DNA of 64,000 nt, taken from the NCBI GenBank assembly GCA_951406725.2, contig OX597830.1, positions 2,294,001-2,358,000 of the forward strand. The letters are read 5' to 3'. A program made the position numbers and the translations under genes. Origin of the DNA: Octopus vulgaris. Taxonomy: Eukaryota. Positions 40,574 through 53,049 of the stretch are shown here, piece after piece. Under the pieces are notes generated by a model. It was not told the origin of the DNA, ran no database searches, and saw only the letters and a list, made by a program, of their open reading frames with translations. How positions within the stretch are numbered: the first letter of the stretch is position 1; the number at the start of each line of letters is the position of its first letter.

Positions 40574-43318
40574 TCAGGTGTAGTGTTGGCAAATCTCAGA
40601 AAGCATGGAAGCTTTGAAGGATGCAGTGCTCCAACAACTGACAACTGATGCCAGCAGTTTGTTCCATACTTCAGCAACTCTCAGCATGAAAAAATGTTTC
40701 CTAAAGTCATGGGAGCTGTGCTGTTTTTTGACTTTGTAAATATGTCCACGGGTGTTAGATGGGTGGAGTTTGAAAAGGTGCTCAGAGTTATTGTTTTTAC
40801 GATGGTTGATAATTTTATGGGTGTCTTCCAAGTCAGCTGCCAGACGTCGGAGTTTCAATGTGTCCATGCCCAGGGAAGTAAGGCGTTCAGAATATGGCAA
40901 ATGCCTGATGGAGGGTATTCTTTTGGTTGCATGTCGCTGAACGGCTTCCAGATGATTGATATCCTGCGCAAGATAGGGGTTCCAGACCGGTGATGCAAAT
41001 TCCAGGTGAGGTCTTACCATAGCTATATAAAGCTGCTGATAGATAGTCAGAGAGCGGCTCACAAAGGATTTGGTGAGTGATGCCAAGACACCCTCAGACA
41101 TCTTGACAATTTTAGCGATGTGTTTTGTCCAACGCAAATCACTGTCGACAATAACACCCAGGTCACGTTCACATGAAGACTTTTTGAGATTAGTGTTGTG
41201 GAGGGAGTATGTGGACGCTGGGTTTCTCATCCCAAAATCCATGGTGGTACATTTGTCCACAGCCAGCTTGAGTTGCCAGCCCATGATCCACTGCTGCATT
41301 GTGTCCAGGTCTGCTTGCAATAGAGATCTATAGAGTACAGGATCTGGCCTCTTTATTTCGAGGTACAGCTTGATGTCATCTGCATATTTCAGCACTGTGG
41401 CATTCTTTAAGTTGGCATCTATGCCATTAACATATGCAACAAATATGCAACAAATCTGCTGTGGTACAGTAGATGTCATCTCATAGGGTGAAGAGTGCTG
41501 TCCTAGAACTGTGACAACCTCTTTTCGGCCGAAAATAAAGGACTTCAACCAGTTATAGAGTTCGTCTCTTACGCCCAACGCAGAGAGCTTCACCATAAGT
41601 CTTTTGTGTGGCACAGAGTTAAAAGCCTTAGCAAAGTCCAGGTAAACAACATCCACCCAGGATCTGCGATCAGTGATTTGGGTAACGTCCTCAAGAAACT
41701 CGATGAGTTGATTACAGCAGCTGGAGTTAGGAATAACTCCAAATTGTGACGGCTGGATGAGGCTGTGAGACTTCCAGAAATTCCAGAGGGTTTCTCTGAT
41801 ACAGGATTCCATCAGTTTGGCGATGCAGCTAGTAAGACTAACGGGGCGATAGTTGACAGGTGATGTGCAGTCACCTTTTTTGAACAGAGGGATAACACTG
41901 GCAGTTTTCCACTGTTCTGGAGTAACACCATTGTCAAGACAGAATTGGAAGAATAGAGAAAGTTGGCTTAGAAGAGAGTACCCACCGCGTTTGAGAAGTA
42001 GGTATGTAACACCATCGAGACCAGGAGAGGCATAGTTGCATTTATTCTTGAGGTGGCGTTGTAGCATTGCTGGTGTAAATTGCATAGTAAATATAGAGTC
42101 CGATGTCAGTGGTGATGAAGATGGAACATTTTGGTCTTCGACAGTAAAGATGCCGGCATAGCATCCAGCAATGGTTTCTGCACATTCTTCGGGATTGCCA
42201 GTAATCTGTCCTGTGTGGGGATTGCGAAGGGGACCAACAGGAGAGTGGGGTCTCTGCTTTGAGTGCACATACTTCCAGAACACTTTGCTGTCAGGGTTAG
42301 TTGCAATGCATTGTTCAAATTCAAGCACTGCCTTTTTTGTCACCTGTTTGAGGTGGTTGGCTGACCTATTGCGCTTTTTCCTGTTGATCTCTGATTTGTG
42401 CAATTTGTATTCCTGTTCAGCATTACGGCGTTCTTTCCTGGCAAGTCGGACTGCTGCAGTCTCCCAAATTGCACTATTGGGTGTTTTTTTGTGTTTACGT
42501 CGTACTGATGCTGCACATGCCGCCCATATTGAATTCAGAATGTTCTGGAGTATAGTCTCCAGATCTCCAGAGGCATAAAATTTGAGCCAGTTTGGGTGTT
42601 GCAGCTCAGTACAATAAGAGCTCCAGTCTGCTTTATTCCAGTCAAAGCGGGTAATCTGAAGATGGTTGTGTTTTTTGTTACAACCAATCAGAGACAAGTC
42701 GGCCATGATTATGGAATGATCAGAGTCACCCAAAGGTTCTTCGGTAGCGACACTAATGATTGTTTCAGGAGAAGCGGTAAGTAGCAGATCCAAAGTGTTG
42801 TTACTCCTTGTGGGGGAGGTAACGACTTGGGACCAATTTGAATTCAGCACCAGTTCAAGGAAATCGTCTGTACTTTGCGGCCAACGGAAGGCCTCCCAGT
42901 CAATCTCAGGGAAATTGAAGTCACCCATAATATAAACATACTCGGCTGTTTTCATGGCAGCAGCTCTGAGGATATCAAAAAGCTGTGTGTCTTGACGATA
43001 ATTTGGGGGGCTGTAAATGACTCCAAGCAGAAGTGTTGACATGGTCATGTGTATATTGCAGAAAAATACTTCCTGCTGAGATTGGTTCAAATCATCACAG
43101 GGGATTGCCGACAGACTTGATCGAACATAAATCATCACACCCCCTCCACGGCGATTAATGCGGTCTTTGCGGAACAGGTTGTAGCCGGCTATGCTGAAAA
43201 CTCCATCACAGAGTGCAGAGTGTGCCCATGTTTCCGTGACTGTGATGAAATCTGGGTTGATACTTTTGATGTAGGAGTCAAAAAGATGTACCTTGTTGCA
43301 TGAACTACGGGCATTCAA
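40574..43318 (-). CDS. LINE ORF2 APE-RT (914 aa, open, but RT QG motif disrupted)
   Basis: VTETW, RGGGV, MGDFN, LDLLL, SDH; YRPVSLTS, YLDFAKAFNSV, YADD, DLG. STVPQQICCI replaces SGVPQGSVLGPLL. Confidence 0.9.
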   Translation of the reverse strand: MNARSSCNKVHLFDSYIKSINPDFITVTETWAHSALCDGVFSIAGYNLFRKDRINRRGGGVMIYVRSSLSAIPCDDLNQSQQEVFFCNIHMTMSTLLLGVIYSPPNYRQDTQLFDILRAAAMKTAEYVYIMGDFNFPEIDWEAFRWPQSTDDFLELVLNSNWSQVVTSPTRSNNTLDLLLTASPETIISVATEEPLGDSDHSIIMADLSLIGCNKKHNHLQITRFDWNKADWSSYCTELQHPNWLKFYASGDLETILQNILNSIWAACAASVRRKHKKTPNSAIWETAAVRLARKERRNAEQEYKLHKSEINRKKRNRSANHLKQVTKKAVLEFEQCIATNPDSKVFWKYVHSKQRPHSPVGPLRNPHTGQITGNPEECAETIAGCYAGIFTVEDQNVPSSSPLTSDSIFTMQFTPAMLQRHLKNKCNYASPGLDGVTYLLLKRGGYSLLSQLSLFFQFCLDNGVTPEQWKTASVIPLFKKGDCTSPVNYRPVSLTSCIAKLMESCIRETLWNFWKSHSLIQPSQFGVIPNSSCCNQLIEFLEDVTQITDRRSWVDVVYLDFAKAFNSVPHKRLMVKLSALGVRDELYNWLKSFIFGRKEVVTVLGQHSSPYEMTSTVPQQICCIFVAYVNGIDANLKNATVLKYADDIKLYLEIKRPDPVLYRSLLQADLDTMQQWIMGWQLKLAVDKCTTMDFGMRNPASTYSLHNTNLKKSSCERDLGVIVDSDLRWTKHIAKIVKMSEGVLASLTKSFVSRSLTIYQQLYIAMVRPHLEFASPVWNPYLAQDINHLEAVQRHATKRIPSIRHLPYSERLTSLGMDTLKLRRLAADLEDTHKIINHRKNNNSEHLFKLHPSNTRGHIYKVKKQHSSHDFRKHFFMLRVAEVWNKLLASVVSCWSTASFKASMLSEICQHYT

Positions 43319-43383
43319 GGACAGCAGTTTGTATTTGGATTTCAGATGGCGAGGATATACAGGGGATGGCTGATTGTTCTTGG

Positions 43384-43875
43384 TTAGTTTCCCAAGATTT
43401 TTGTATTGCCAGTTGTTGTTGTGGGTGTAGTCTGCTCAGTCCAACTGGCATCCTTTATCCACGACTCACCAGACTTGACAAATTTCCAGATTTGCTCATC
43501 ATTGCGGAGGCTAAAACTCTCGTGTGGCACAGAGTTGTGATTTAGGGAAGCTACAGATCTTAGCTTTGGGCGTACATCAGGTGGTAGGCCAGGACGTATT
43601 CTAAAGTTGATTAGGTTGTCACGCCAAGCTCTATCAGCAGCCAGATGGAATGACCGCGCCTCAGTAAAGCCCATAAAAGTCAGCCTGATCAGCCTGGGTT
43701 TGGATCCCGGTCGGCCAAGGCGGGAAGCACTTTTTAGAGGGACACAGCTGAGATCCCTAACTGTGTTTCCAATGAATGCCTGCAGATCTACCACATCTTC
43801 CGGCACTCTGATGGCTATTACTTCATGAGTGGCTGGTATTGATTTCATTATATCTACAGACAGACAGACAGACAA
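43384..43875 (-). CDS. Putative LINE ORF1 (C-terminal part)
   Basis: RLGRPGSKPRLIRLTF resembles the RLG..RP motif of CR1/L2 ORF1 and lies directly upstream of ORF2. Confidence 0.6.
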   Translation of the reverse strand: MSVCLSVDIMKSIPATHEVIAIRVPEDVVDLQAFIGNTVRDLSCVPLKSASRLGRPGSKPRLIRLTFMGFTEARSFHLAADRAWRDNLINFRIRPGLPPDVRPKLRSVASLNHNSVPHESFSLRNDEQIWKFVKSGESWIKDASWTEQTTPTTTTGNTKILGN

Positions 43876-45139
43876 ATAGGGACAGACATAGAGACAAAGT
43901 TACTAAAAATTACAAATAACACACACACAAACACAGTTTCAGTTGTTTGCTTAACTAACCCCCCCCCACCACTGCCTCTAATGAATCTAATTTACTGATA
44001 TGCAAATTAGTACAACTGGTGCCTGCAGCTGGTAAGTATTTCCATAATTAATTGTAAGCTACTCTCTCTGTATGCCTGTCTCTCCCCTTCTCTCACCTTT
44101 CTCTCTCTTTCTGTGAGATCATGTCACCAATCAGACAGTAATAACAAGGTAGAAAATGTAAAAAGTTATTTTTTACCTTTATTTTGCATATCTAGTCGTG
44201 TGGGGGAGGGGAGCATTTAACCCCAGGTCTGTATTGGCATCCAGGTTGCAAATATGGTTTCCTCCACTAAATACCATGGGTTGCACTCCCCACCACCATC
44301 AGCCCCAAAAAACAAGCACCGGTCATACGTATTCACCATTTCCATTGCTATAGTGGCAGTGGAGGTGGCAGCAGCAGCAGCAGCGGTGGCTGTCTGCTGA
44401 GAAATGCATTTTGGCCATAATCTCTTCTTTCGTAAGGGAAGAAGCTTTAATAATTTGTCGTTAATTATTCAGTTCTCGACTACAATAATCTGATTCAGTG
44501 AGTGTGTGTCTGCTGACTTCACTTTGAATTGGCGACTAGCATCAACAACAACAACAAAAACGGTAATCCAACAAAATAAAACAGCGATATATAAATATTA
44601 AAAGCACCTACCTAAAGTATAATATTCCGAAAAGCTGTCTAATATCATGTTCCTGTATTGCATTAACATTTCATTTGCTAATTGACTCTCGTAATGCCTC
44701 AATATCTTTGAGAAATATGTACAAAAATCGACATAAATACATCGAATGCTTTTACTACACGTAATTAGTTCTCGAGCTTTTATAACTGCTTTGAATTAAT
44801 ATGTAATTTTGGAGAAAGGAATTATGAAAACTGTTAGATAGCTATATTATTTTCTGACTTCTTCGATGTCATTAGCAGCGGTGGTGTGACGGTGGTGGTG
44901 GAACGGTTGGTGGTGGTGGCAGAACGCTTGTCCACCCCGTCACATTATCATGAATTTAATTTCAAATCTCATCATCCGAGTACGTTAACATTGAATAATG
45001 TCATTAAGGCAAACAGTGATATAAAAATCTGGCAAAAATCTTCCCAGGAAAATAAAAGAGAGAAGGAGATACGTCATTGGCTGGAACCTGAGGAACACCA
45101 CAGTTATCAAAACACACACACACACACACACATTCATCA

Positions 45140-45180
<41 letters not shown>

Positions 45181-45182
<2 letters not shown>

Positions 45183-45575
45183 TCTTTACTCATTTACTTG
45201 TTTCAGTCATTTGACTACGGCCATGCTGGAGCACCGCCTTTAGTCGAGCAAATCGACCCCGGGACTTATTCTTTGTAAGCCCAGTACTTATTCTATCGGT
45301 CTCTTTTGCCGAACCGCTAAGTGACGGGGAAGTAAACACACCAGCATCAGTTGTCAAGCAATGCTAGGGGGACAAACACAGACACACAAACACATACATA
45401 TATATATATACATATATACGACGGGTTTCTTTCAGTTTCCGTCTACCAAATCCACTCACAAGGCATTGGTCGGCCCGGGGTTATAGTATAAGACACTTGC
45501 CCAAGGTGCCACGCAGTGGGACTGAACCCGGGACCATGTGGTTGGTTAGCAAGCTACTTACCACACAGCCACTCC
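45181..45575 (-). mobile_element. tRNA-derived SINE (16290 family)
   Basis: Closely similar to 16290-16698. Confidence 0.9.
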
Positions 45576-45601
45576 TTTTTATTTATTTATATATATATAT
45601 T

Positions 45602-45688
<87 letters not shown>

Positions 45689-45707
45689 CATACATATATA
45701 TATTGTA

Positions 45708-45875
45708 TGCGTGAGCGGAAAAGACCACCCAGAAGACCTCCACGATGGTGGAGTGACGATTTCAAGAGGACGATTGGGATCACGTGGATGAGAAAGACGC
45801 GATCCAGAGGGGAGTGGACAGCATGCGTGTCAAATGAACGCCTGACGGACTGGTCGGTCAAAGTGATGAAGTGAT
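45708..45875 (+). mobile_element. Short 3' fragment of a second RTE family in (TA)n
   Basis: Translates [25 protein letters not shown], an RTE C-terminus; ends ctggtcggtcaaagtgatgaagtgat. Confidence 0.7.
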
Positions 45876-46100
45876 CATATATGTATATATACATATATAT
45901 ATTTATGTACATAAAAATATTTATATACATTTATATATTTGTGCAAGATTTTTTACGTGAAGTCCTGTGTTGAAACAGATATTGTTATATTTCGGAATGG
46001 TCATTTTGCCAATTTAGCCAATAAAAACACACGCACTATATATTTGGTGTTACTTTGCTTCAGTGTTATTTATTTTTTACATTAATCTTAATCATATTTC

Positions 46101-46144
46101 GACCAGAGTTCTTTCGTCACACTCCTGTGACTGCATCAGTGGTC
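46101..46144 (-). ncRNA. Hammerhead-like motif, CUGAUGCA variant, perfect 5 bp stem I
   Basis: gacca-CTGATGCA-GTCACA-ggag-TGTGAC-GAAA-GAAC-TC-tggtc. Confidence 0.65.
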
Positions 46145-49100
46145 CTTTGTTTTCTTCTTTCGTATTTGTGTCTCTCCTTACTAACCGTCAGCCATTTTGT
46201 ATTTCTATTGTATGTCTTCATTTGCACATGCTTATATCTCTATGTGCATCTATGTTTATTTAGTGTGTGTGGGGTGGGGGGATGCCTGTAATATTTGTAT
46301 CTTCTGTTTATATATGTTCATGTAATTTGTTTTTGTTGTTGTTGTTTTTGTTTATTCTTATTTTGTTCATGTGTTTACATCCACTTATTATTATCATTAC
46401 ATATGCTTGTATGTATGTATGTATAACAACAATACTAGTAATAATAATAATAAATAAATAAAAACTTATATAGTTATTTATTTCTATTCGTTTATTTATC
46501 TGTGTATTCATTATGTTTTCGGGATCCTCTACCGTCATATGTTGTAGTTTCCTATTCAGGCTAGGTTTATTTTCTGTTATGTGCGTAGCTTCTGTAATTT
46601 GTCTGATTGTTGCATCTGTTCTATGTCTGGACAATATTTTAATTTCGGCGTGTTGGTACAGAATCGATGAGCTTTTACCTTCCTTGTGTTCTCTCCAATG
46701 TCATTTACCCGCTCTCCTATGCTTCTTGCCGTTTCCCCTACTTATGTCGTTGTCTTGTTACTGCATCGTCCCTCTATACATCTTATACTATAGACTACAT
46801 TTCTGGCTTCACAGTTTGTTTGTGGGCTAAATCTACATACAGTACAGTACTTATCCGTACTGGGGGTTCTACTAAAAGGATAGGTTCTACCAAATATAGA
46901 TTTGATAGGGTTGCCTGGCTTTTCAACAACCTTAATCCTTAGCTTAAGTTTGTCTAGGGTCCTTCTAAAGTGGTACGCCAGTTCACCTCCAGGGATGGTG
47001 TCAACGAACATGACACTCTAGTATTTATGGCTATCATACCAAGAGTTGGCCTTCACTATTTTCTTTTTTGTCCTTTCTATAGTGTTCCATGACTTGTTCC
47101 TATAGAGTGGACAAATCTCATTCCTATCATTACATAATATATTATCAAATTACTTCATGGCTCCTTTGTATACTCTGATCCTTTCTTTATGGCTGTAACC
47201 TGAGAACTGCATGCGGTGAATGAAATATTGTATGTGTTTCTTTAACTCTGTAGGCTCGCACATGCGTGACACATTTCTCATTATTCTGACGAGGTCTGCC
47301 ATCAAAATATTGAATTTGGCATTGTCCGCAATGGCTGAGTTCCAGTGGATCAAGTATTTTGAGGCCATAGGTTTGGCATAGTACGATTGAAGGATTTGGG
47401 TTTTATTATTCACAATTTCTAGCCAGAGTTCGGTGTCTAGTACTGGTAGTCTATGGTTGGGGTGTTTAGTGGGGTAGTCTATTGTGACCTTAATACTCTG
47501 GTAGATGGATTTAGCAATTTGCTGGATGCTCTCCATAGTATTAGTTTCTATTACTATATCAACATTACTCTCTTGTGGGGGTGCCTTTACTACTATGTTG
47601 ATATCATCAACATAGCGAGAGTACATGTTTACGAGTATGGAGTTCTGTGTTAGTCATTCTTTAAGCCTTCTGTCCCAACATACCAGGAAAAGGTTGGCCA
47701 CATCTCCAGCGATACTAATGCCGATGGCTGCCCCCTCGTCCTTGGCATATATTTTATTGTTAAATGTGTGGCCTTTTAGGGTAACTCTTATACTAGCTCC
47801 TAGTGCATGTGCGATCATTTTCTTTACCTGATGGACATTTGCGGGGCTCCGTATGGCTCTGGTCCATCTGCTCCATCTCTCTGTATGGGTCTTCCTAGCC
47901 ACAGAAGTAATTGTGGGTGGTCTACCTCTTAAACGTCTACTGGGGCAGAAACTACTAAGATTATGTTTATCTAGGTATTCGTTGTCATAAGTCAGTCTAA
48001 GTAGGAGGCCCAGTTCCTCTGTGTTGACATTGCGGAACTCCACCTTGCTCTCGTTGATCATTTCCACGCACTTCACCGCAAAATCCACGTCGATCGATGG
48101 GTATAGGGATACCACATCCATGCTACCCACCAGACATCCTGTCAGGTCGCAAGTGTTGTCACAGTCATTGATCCTGCTGAGGCGATCTTCTGTGCTGTCA
48201 CAAACATCAGGTGACATCCGGATTATAGGGCGTATGATCATTGAGAGGAAGTAGGAGATTCTGCAGTTGCTAGCGATATTGCAGGTTTAATCCCGAGTTG
48301 TTGGGCCTCTGTCTTATTCTGTCTCTGTCTCTTAGTGTATAGTCCTAAAATCTGTCTAAGTTTGGTCCTAGCTATAGTGAACTGTGCTTCCATATGGTCA
48401 TTAGCATGTCTTGGGATGTAGACCCTTTTGTTGAAGGGTAATGTTGTTGGATAAATCCGGCTCATGTTATAAGATTTGTCACATATGTTGAAGAATTGAG
48501 TGTCAAAGGGGTGGGTATACATGTTAATGGCCCTTCTAGGGTTATCTTCATTATTGTTACTACTATTTCTGTCGTTACTGTTCCCATCATCAGCCTCACT
48601 ATTATTATTGCCACCATTACCACTAACATTATTACCACTACTACTGTTATTACTATTACCACCACAACTATCACTACTACCATCATTACTACTTCTACTG
48701 TTACCACCACCACTACTACTACCACTATTATTGTTATTACCGTTATTCTTATCATTGCCATTATTGCTATCATTCTGATTATCGCTACACACATAACAGA
48801 AAATAAACCTAGCCTGAATAGGAAACTAGAATGGAGCTCTAACACACACCACAACATATGACGGTAGAGGATCCCGAAAACATAATGAATACACAGATAA
48901 ATAAACGAATAGAAATAAATAACTATATAAGTTTTTATTTATTTATTATTATTATTACTAGTATTGTTGTTATACATACATACATACAAGCATATGTAAT
49001 GATAATAATAAGTGGATGTAAACATATGAACAAAATAATAAACAAAAACAACAACAACAAAAACAAATTACATGAACTTATATAAACAGAAGATACAAAT

Positions 49101-49248
49101 ATTACAGGCATCCCCCCACCCCACACACACTAAATAAACATAGATGCACATAGAGATATAAGCATGCGCAAATGAAGACATACAATAGAAATACAAAATG
49201 GCTGACGGTTAGTAAGGAGAGACACAAATACGAAAGAAGAAAACAAAG

Positions 49249-49292
49249 GACCACTGATGCAGTCACAGGAGTGTGACGAAAGAACTCTGGCC
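49249..49292 (+). ncRNA. Hammerhead-like motif in inverted pLTR
   Basis: Same sequence as 21411-21454. Confidence 0.6.
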
Positions 49293-49406
49293 GAAATAAG
49301 ATTAAGATTAATGTAAAAAATAAATAACACTGAAGCAAAGTAACACCAAATATATAGTGCGTGTGCTTTTATTGGCTAAACTGGCAAAATGACCATTCCG
49401 AAATAT

Positions 49407-49491
<85 letters not shown>

Positions 49492-49546
49492 TATATATGT
49501 ATATACATATATATATATATGTACATATATATATGTATATATATTT

Positions 49547-49745
49547 CACATGATCATGTGACCGACCAGACCATCAGATGTTGTTACACATTGCTGGTCA
49601 CAATGCATTCTCATTGTTTTAGCCTTCGAATGACGCCACCGCGCTGGCAAAGCGAGCAGGCCAACAGAAGAAAGAGTGGGAGAAAAAGTGGTGAAAGAGT
49701 ACAGCAAGGATCTTCCCCCTGCCGGAGCCTCGTGGAGCTTTTAGC
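49547..49745 (-). mobile_element. Short non-autonomous element with RTE-like 3' end
   Basis: Minus strand ends ctgatggtctggtcggtcacatgatcatgtga, resembling the end of 45708-45875. Flanked by (TA)n. Confidence 0.6.
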
Positions 49746-49819
49746 TGTTTATATATATATATAATTTTATTATATACATATATATGTATACATATATATA
49801 TATGTACATATATATGTAC

Positions 49820-49870
<51 letters not shown>

Positions 49871-49916
49871 TAGATATATAGATAGATAGATACATACATA
49901 CATACATGCATATATC

Positions 49917-50193
49917 GACTGGCTCCTGTGCCAGTGGCACGTAAAAAGCACTATCCAAATGTGAACGATACCAGGCCGATATGACGGCCTCCTGTGCTGG
50001 TGGCGCATGAAAACCACCCACTACTTTCTAGGAGTGGTTGGCGTTAGGAAGGGCATCCAGCTGTAGAAACATTGCCAGATCAAATTAGAGCCTGGTGCAG
50101 CAGTTGGCTCTCGAGACCTCAGTCAAACTGTCCAACACATGCCAGCAGGGAAAACAGACATTAAACGATGATGATGATGATGATGATGATGAT
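49917..50193 (+). mobile_element. RTE 3' end fragment with (GAT)n tail
   Basis: ggttggcgttaggaagggcatccagctgtagaaac..cattaaacgatgatg. Confidence 0.85.
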
Positions 50194-50277
50194 AAATATA
50201 TATAACATAAAGGCTATTTGCCAACATATATATCTGATCTTGAAGGGAGTTCAGCACTCTCAACCACTGCAAAACAT

Positions 50278-50318
50278 CTGTAGAGTAGTTTCTGGGTTAT
50301 TGCTCTTTATCAACACAG
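50278..50318 (-). ncRNA. Degenerate U3-A8 hammerhead relic
   Basis: ctgtg-TTGATAA-agagcaataaccca-GAAA-CTAC-TC-tacag. Confidence 0.35.
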
Positions 50319-50665
50319 AGTAGCTACTTGGCCAGATGGCATTGCTGAATTCATCTTTCGAATATATAGTTTTGAAAGGGACACACAGTCATTGATCTAA
50401 AAATGTTTCTTGGGGCTAAAACGACAGTAGCATCGTCCCTTCCAGGGCAGCCACATTATATTGGCAAATGGCCTTTACTTTAAAGAACTTTTACTGAATG
50501 TTTCTCTTTGAGAGATTTGGAAATAATAATATTTCTATTTCTATTTATATATATATGTATACATATATATATGATGATATGTGTGTGTGCGTATATATAT
50601 ATATATATATATAAATATATATTTATGTATGTATATGTGTATATATATATGTATACACACATATA

Positions 50666-50728
<63 letters not shown>

Positions 50729-51399
50729 ATGTGTGTATGTGTGTGTGTGTGTGTGTGTGTGTATTGTTAGTGTATGAGATCTGATCAGAAAGTAACAGGA
50801 CAGGTACAACGGAAAGGCAAGATGTGTTACCATAGCAACAATCCGGATACTTTTTGATCAGACTGTATACAGGGTTTAAAAAGATGATTTGATAACTTTA
50901 CAAGCAGTCTGTCTTTTATTTTGACTTTCATTAGGTTGACCCATCCATTACCAAAAGTCACTCTTATTTGCACTCATTCCACATCCCTTTGCTTGACATT
51001 ACAGTTTAGGTATTTTATTTGATCTGAGCACTTCTTGTCTGTCAAACCAATTCCAATTTAATATGAGAACCCAACATTTCATATAATTTTATTTCACTGT
51101 AATTGGTTCCGTGCTCTTTCCTATCTTCACCATAATGAAATGATTGGAAACCTGACAACATTATGTGATGACAGCCTATGTATAGCAGTGGTTACTACAT
51201 CTCTGGGGGAACTGGAACTTGGGCTATTAAGATGGGAGTTTCAAGACATACTTAATGGTATATAAACCTGACTTTTCACAAGGGATCAAAACATTCATGG
51301 CATAAAAACCAAAGAGGATACTTATGGATGCATTCCACCCATCTTTGCTTTATCTATGGTGGACTTTACAGCCGAATAAACTGAGCCACCTAGATTTTT

Positions 51400-51900
51400 G
51401 TTGCCACACTACAGACAGAATCAGTGTCACACTGCTATCACACTGAATGACAGGCGATATCAGAAGTTATATTCTGGAGACTTTTATGCCCTGGAGATCA
51501 TGAATCTTGGGTAAAGACTAAAAAAATTCTATTGCAAACACATGGAACAGAAATAAGGCTTCTGTGAAGGGTCTTTGGAGTAAGGGTTGCTCGAAGGAGT
51601 GCATTGCTCGGAGATCAGAATGGTGCTACAAGTAAAGCCACTGCTTCTCTGAATTGAGAGATCACAGCTCCGATACTACAGACATATGGTAAGAATGTCT
51701 TGGGAAACATTTGTGGAAGTGGTTTTATGGAGGAAACCCACCAGCAGGAGACCCAAGGTGGATAACACTTGTGACTTTGGTTGGTTTCTCTTGAAGATGC
51801 AGCCAGATCAGTTGGAGACTCAATGGAATGGTATGCTTGAGGACAGTCCCAAGAATAAGTGGGAGGAGAAAATGAAATGAGAAGAGATTTCTATCCCATA
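51400..51900 (+). mobile_element. Old RTE LINE remnant (C-terminus)
   Basis: LLL*IERSQLRYYRHMVRM..VLWRKPTSRRPK. Confidence 0.6.
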
Positions 51901-52619
51901 GCAGAATATGTCGACCACTCAACTACATCGATGTCACTGGCAGGGACATACAACATAGAACTGAAGATCTATCAAAGCCAATGTGAGGACTGAAAGCATA
52001 GTTTTGTGAGATTCATTTTGACAGCAACCACCTGCAAGGTTCAGGAACAGGAGTGCAGGGGGCGCCACCACACTCTCTAAAACTTTTGGTGGGTGCAAAC
52101 TCGAAATTTGTTCTGTGGTAGAATGATGCAGCACTGTCTGACACCCTGTTCCCTAATGGATGTGCACAGAAATCTGTGCAATGAAAACGCTTTGAACATT
52201 CTGCGGAAAAACTTCACCCAAACAAACGAGTGTAGAAATATTTTTAGATTTATTTGAAACATTTACTTTTCTCTAATTGAACTTCATTGATTTGACTGAG
52301 GCACAAATATCATAATAATCCTTATTGTTTTACACATTTTCATATTGTTATTGGAAATAAACTGACCGATTTTGTAAAAATTTTGGACCTGGGTTTGTAC
52401 CAACTGAAGCAAATTTTGTTCCAGGTCATATGGCCATTTGAAGAAGAAACTACCACAGCTGGTGGTGAATTTTACCTATAAAACCCCCAGCAGGGATTTT
52501 CCCATTATTGCAGCTGTGCACTAGATGAGCAGAAGAGAGCAGAAACGACACCAAGCCAACAAGAAATTGATTTGGTGTATTAACAGTGACGGAACTGAAC
52601 CCGGTCAGAAATATATTGG

Positions 52620-52832
52620 TTTCAAACTTGCGCAGAAAGCCAGAGTTTCCAGAGGAAAGGTTTAGTCAATTACATTGACCCCAGTGTTCAACTGGTACCT
52701 GTTTTACTGACCCCAAAAGGATGAAAGGCAAAACTGACCTTGGCAGAATTTGAACTCAAAACATTAAAAATGGACAAAATACTGCTAAGCAGTTTGCCCA
52801 GCATCTGCTAACGAGTCTGCCATTTCACTACC

Positions 52833-52833
<1 letters not shown>
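52620..52833 (-). mobile_element. tRNA SINE with Meta-like central domain
   Basis: Minus strand gagttcaaattctgccaaggtcagttttgcctttcatccttttggggtcagtaaaacaggtacc resembles the MetaSINE core. Confidence 0.7.
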
Positions 52834-52880
<47 letters not shown>

Positions 52881-52887
52881 GTAGTAG

Positions 52888-52953
<66 letters not shown>

Positions 52954-53001
52954 TAATAATAGTAGTAGTAGTAGTAGTAATAATAATAATAATAATAATA
53001 A

Positions 53002-53032
<31 letters not shown>

Positions 53033-53049
53033 AAGAAGAAGAAGAAGAA
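52834..53049. repeat. (TAA)n/(TAG)n/(AAG)n microsatellite
   Basis: Read directly from the sequence. Confidence 0.95.

Larger units (their letters stand above)
40415..43920 (-). mobile_element. CR1/L2-group LINE with (ATT)n-like tail
   Basis: ORF1 at 43384-43875, ORF2 at 40574-43318, short UTR, ataataataat at ~40417-40431. Confidence 0.9.
45935..49410 (-). mobile_element. PLE (third family) with inverted upstream pLTR
   Basis: Minus strand RT (GSMDVVSLYPSID, GAAIG, RYVDDI, LPVLD) and GIY-YIG. The pLTR at ~45985-46590 is repeated in inverted orientation at ~48783-49410. Confidence 0.92.

Noticed and set aside
44100-44900. TAAT-rich unique region as an enhancer
   Set aside because: Short motifs are expected by chance in AT-rich DNA; conservation or chromatin data would be needed.
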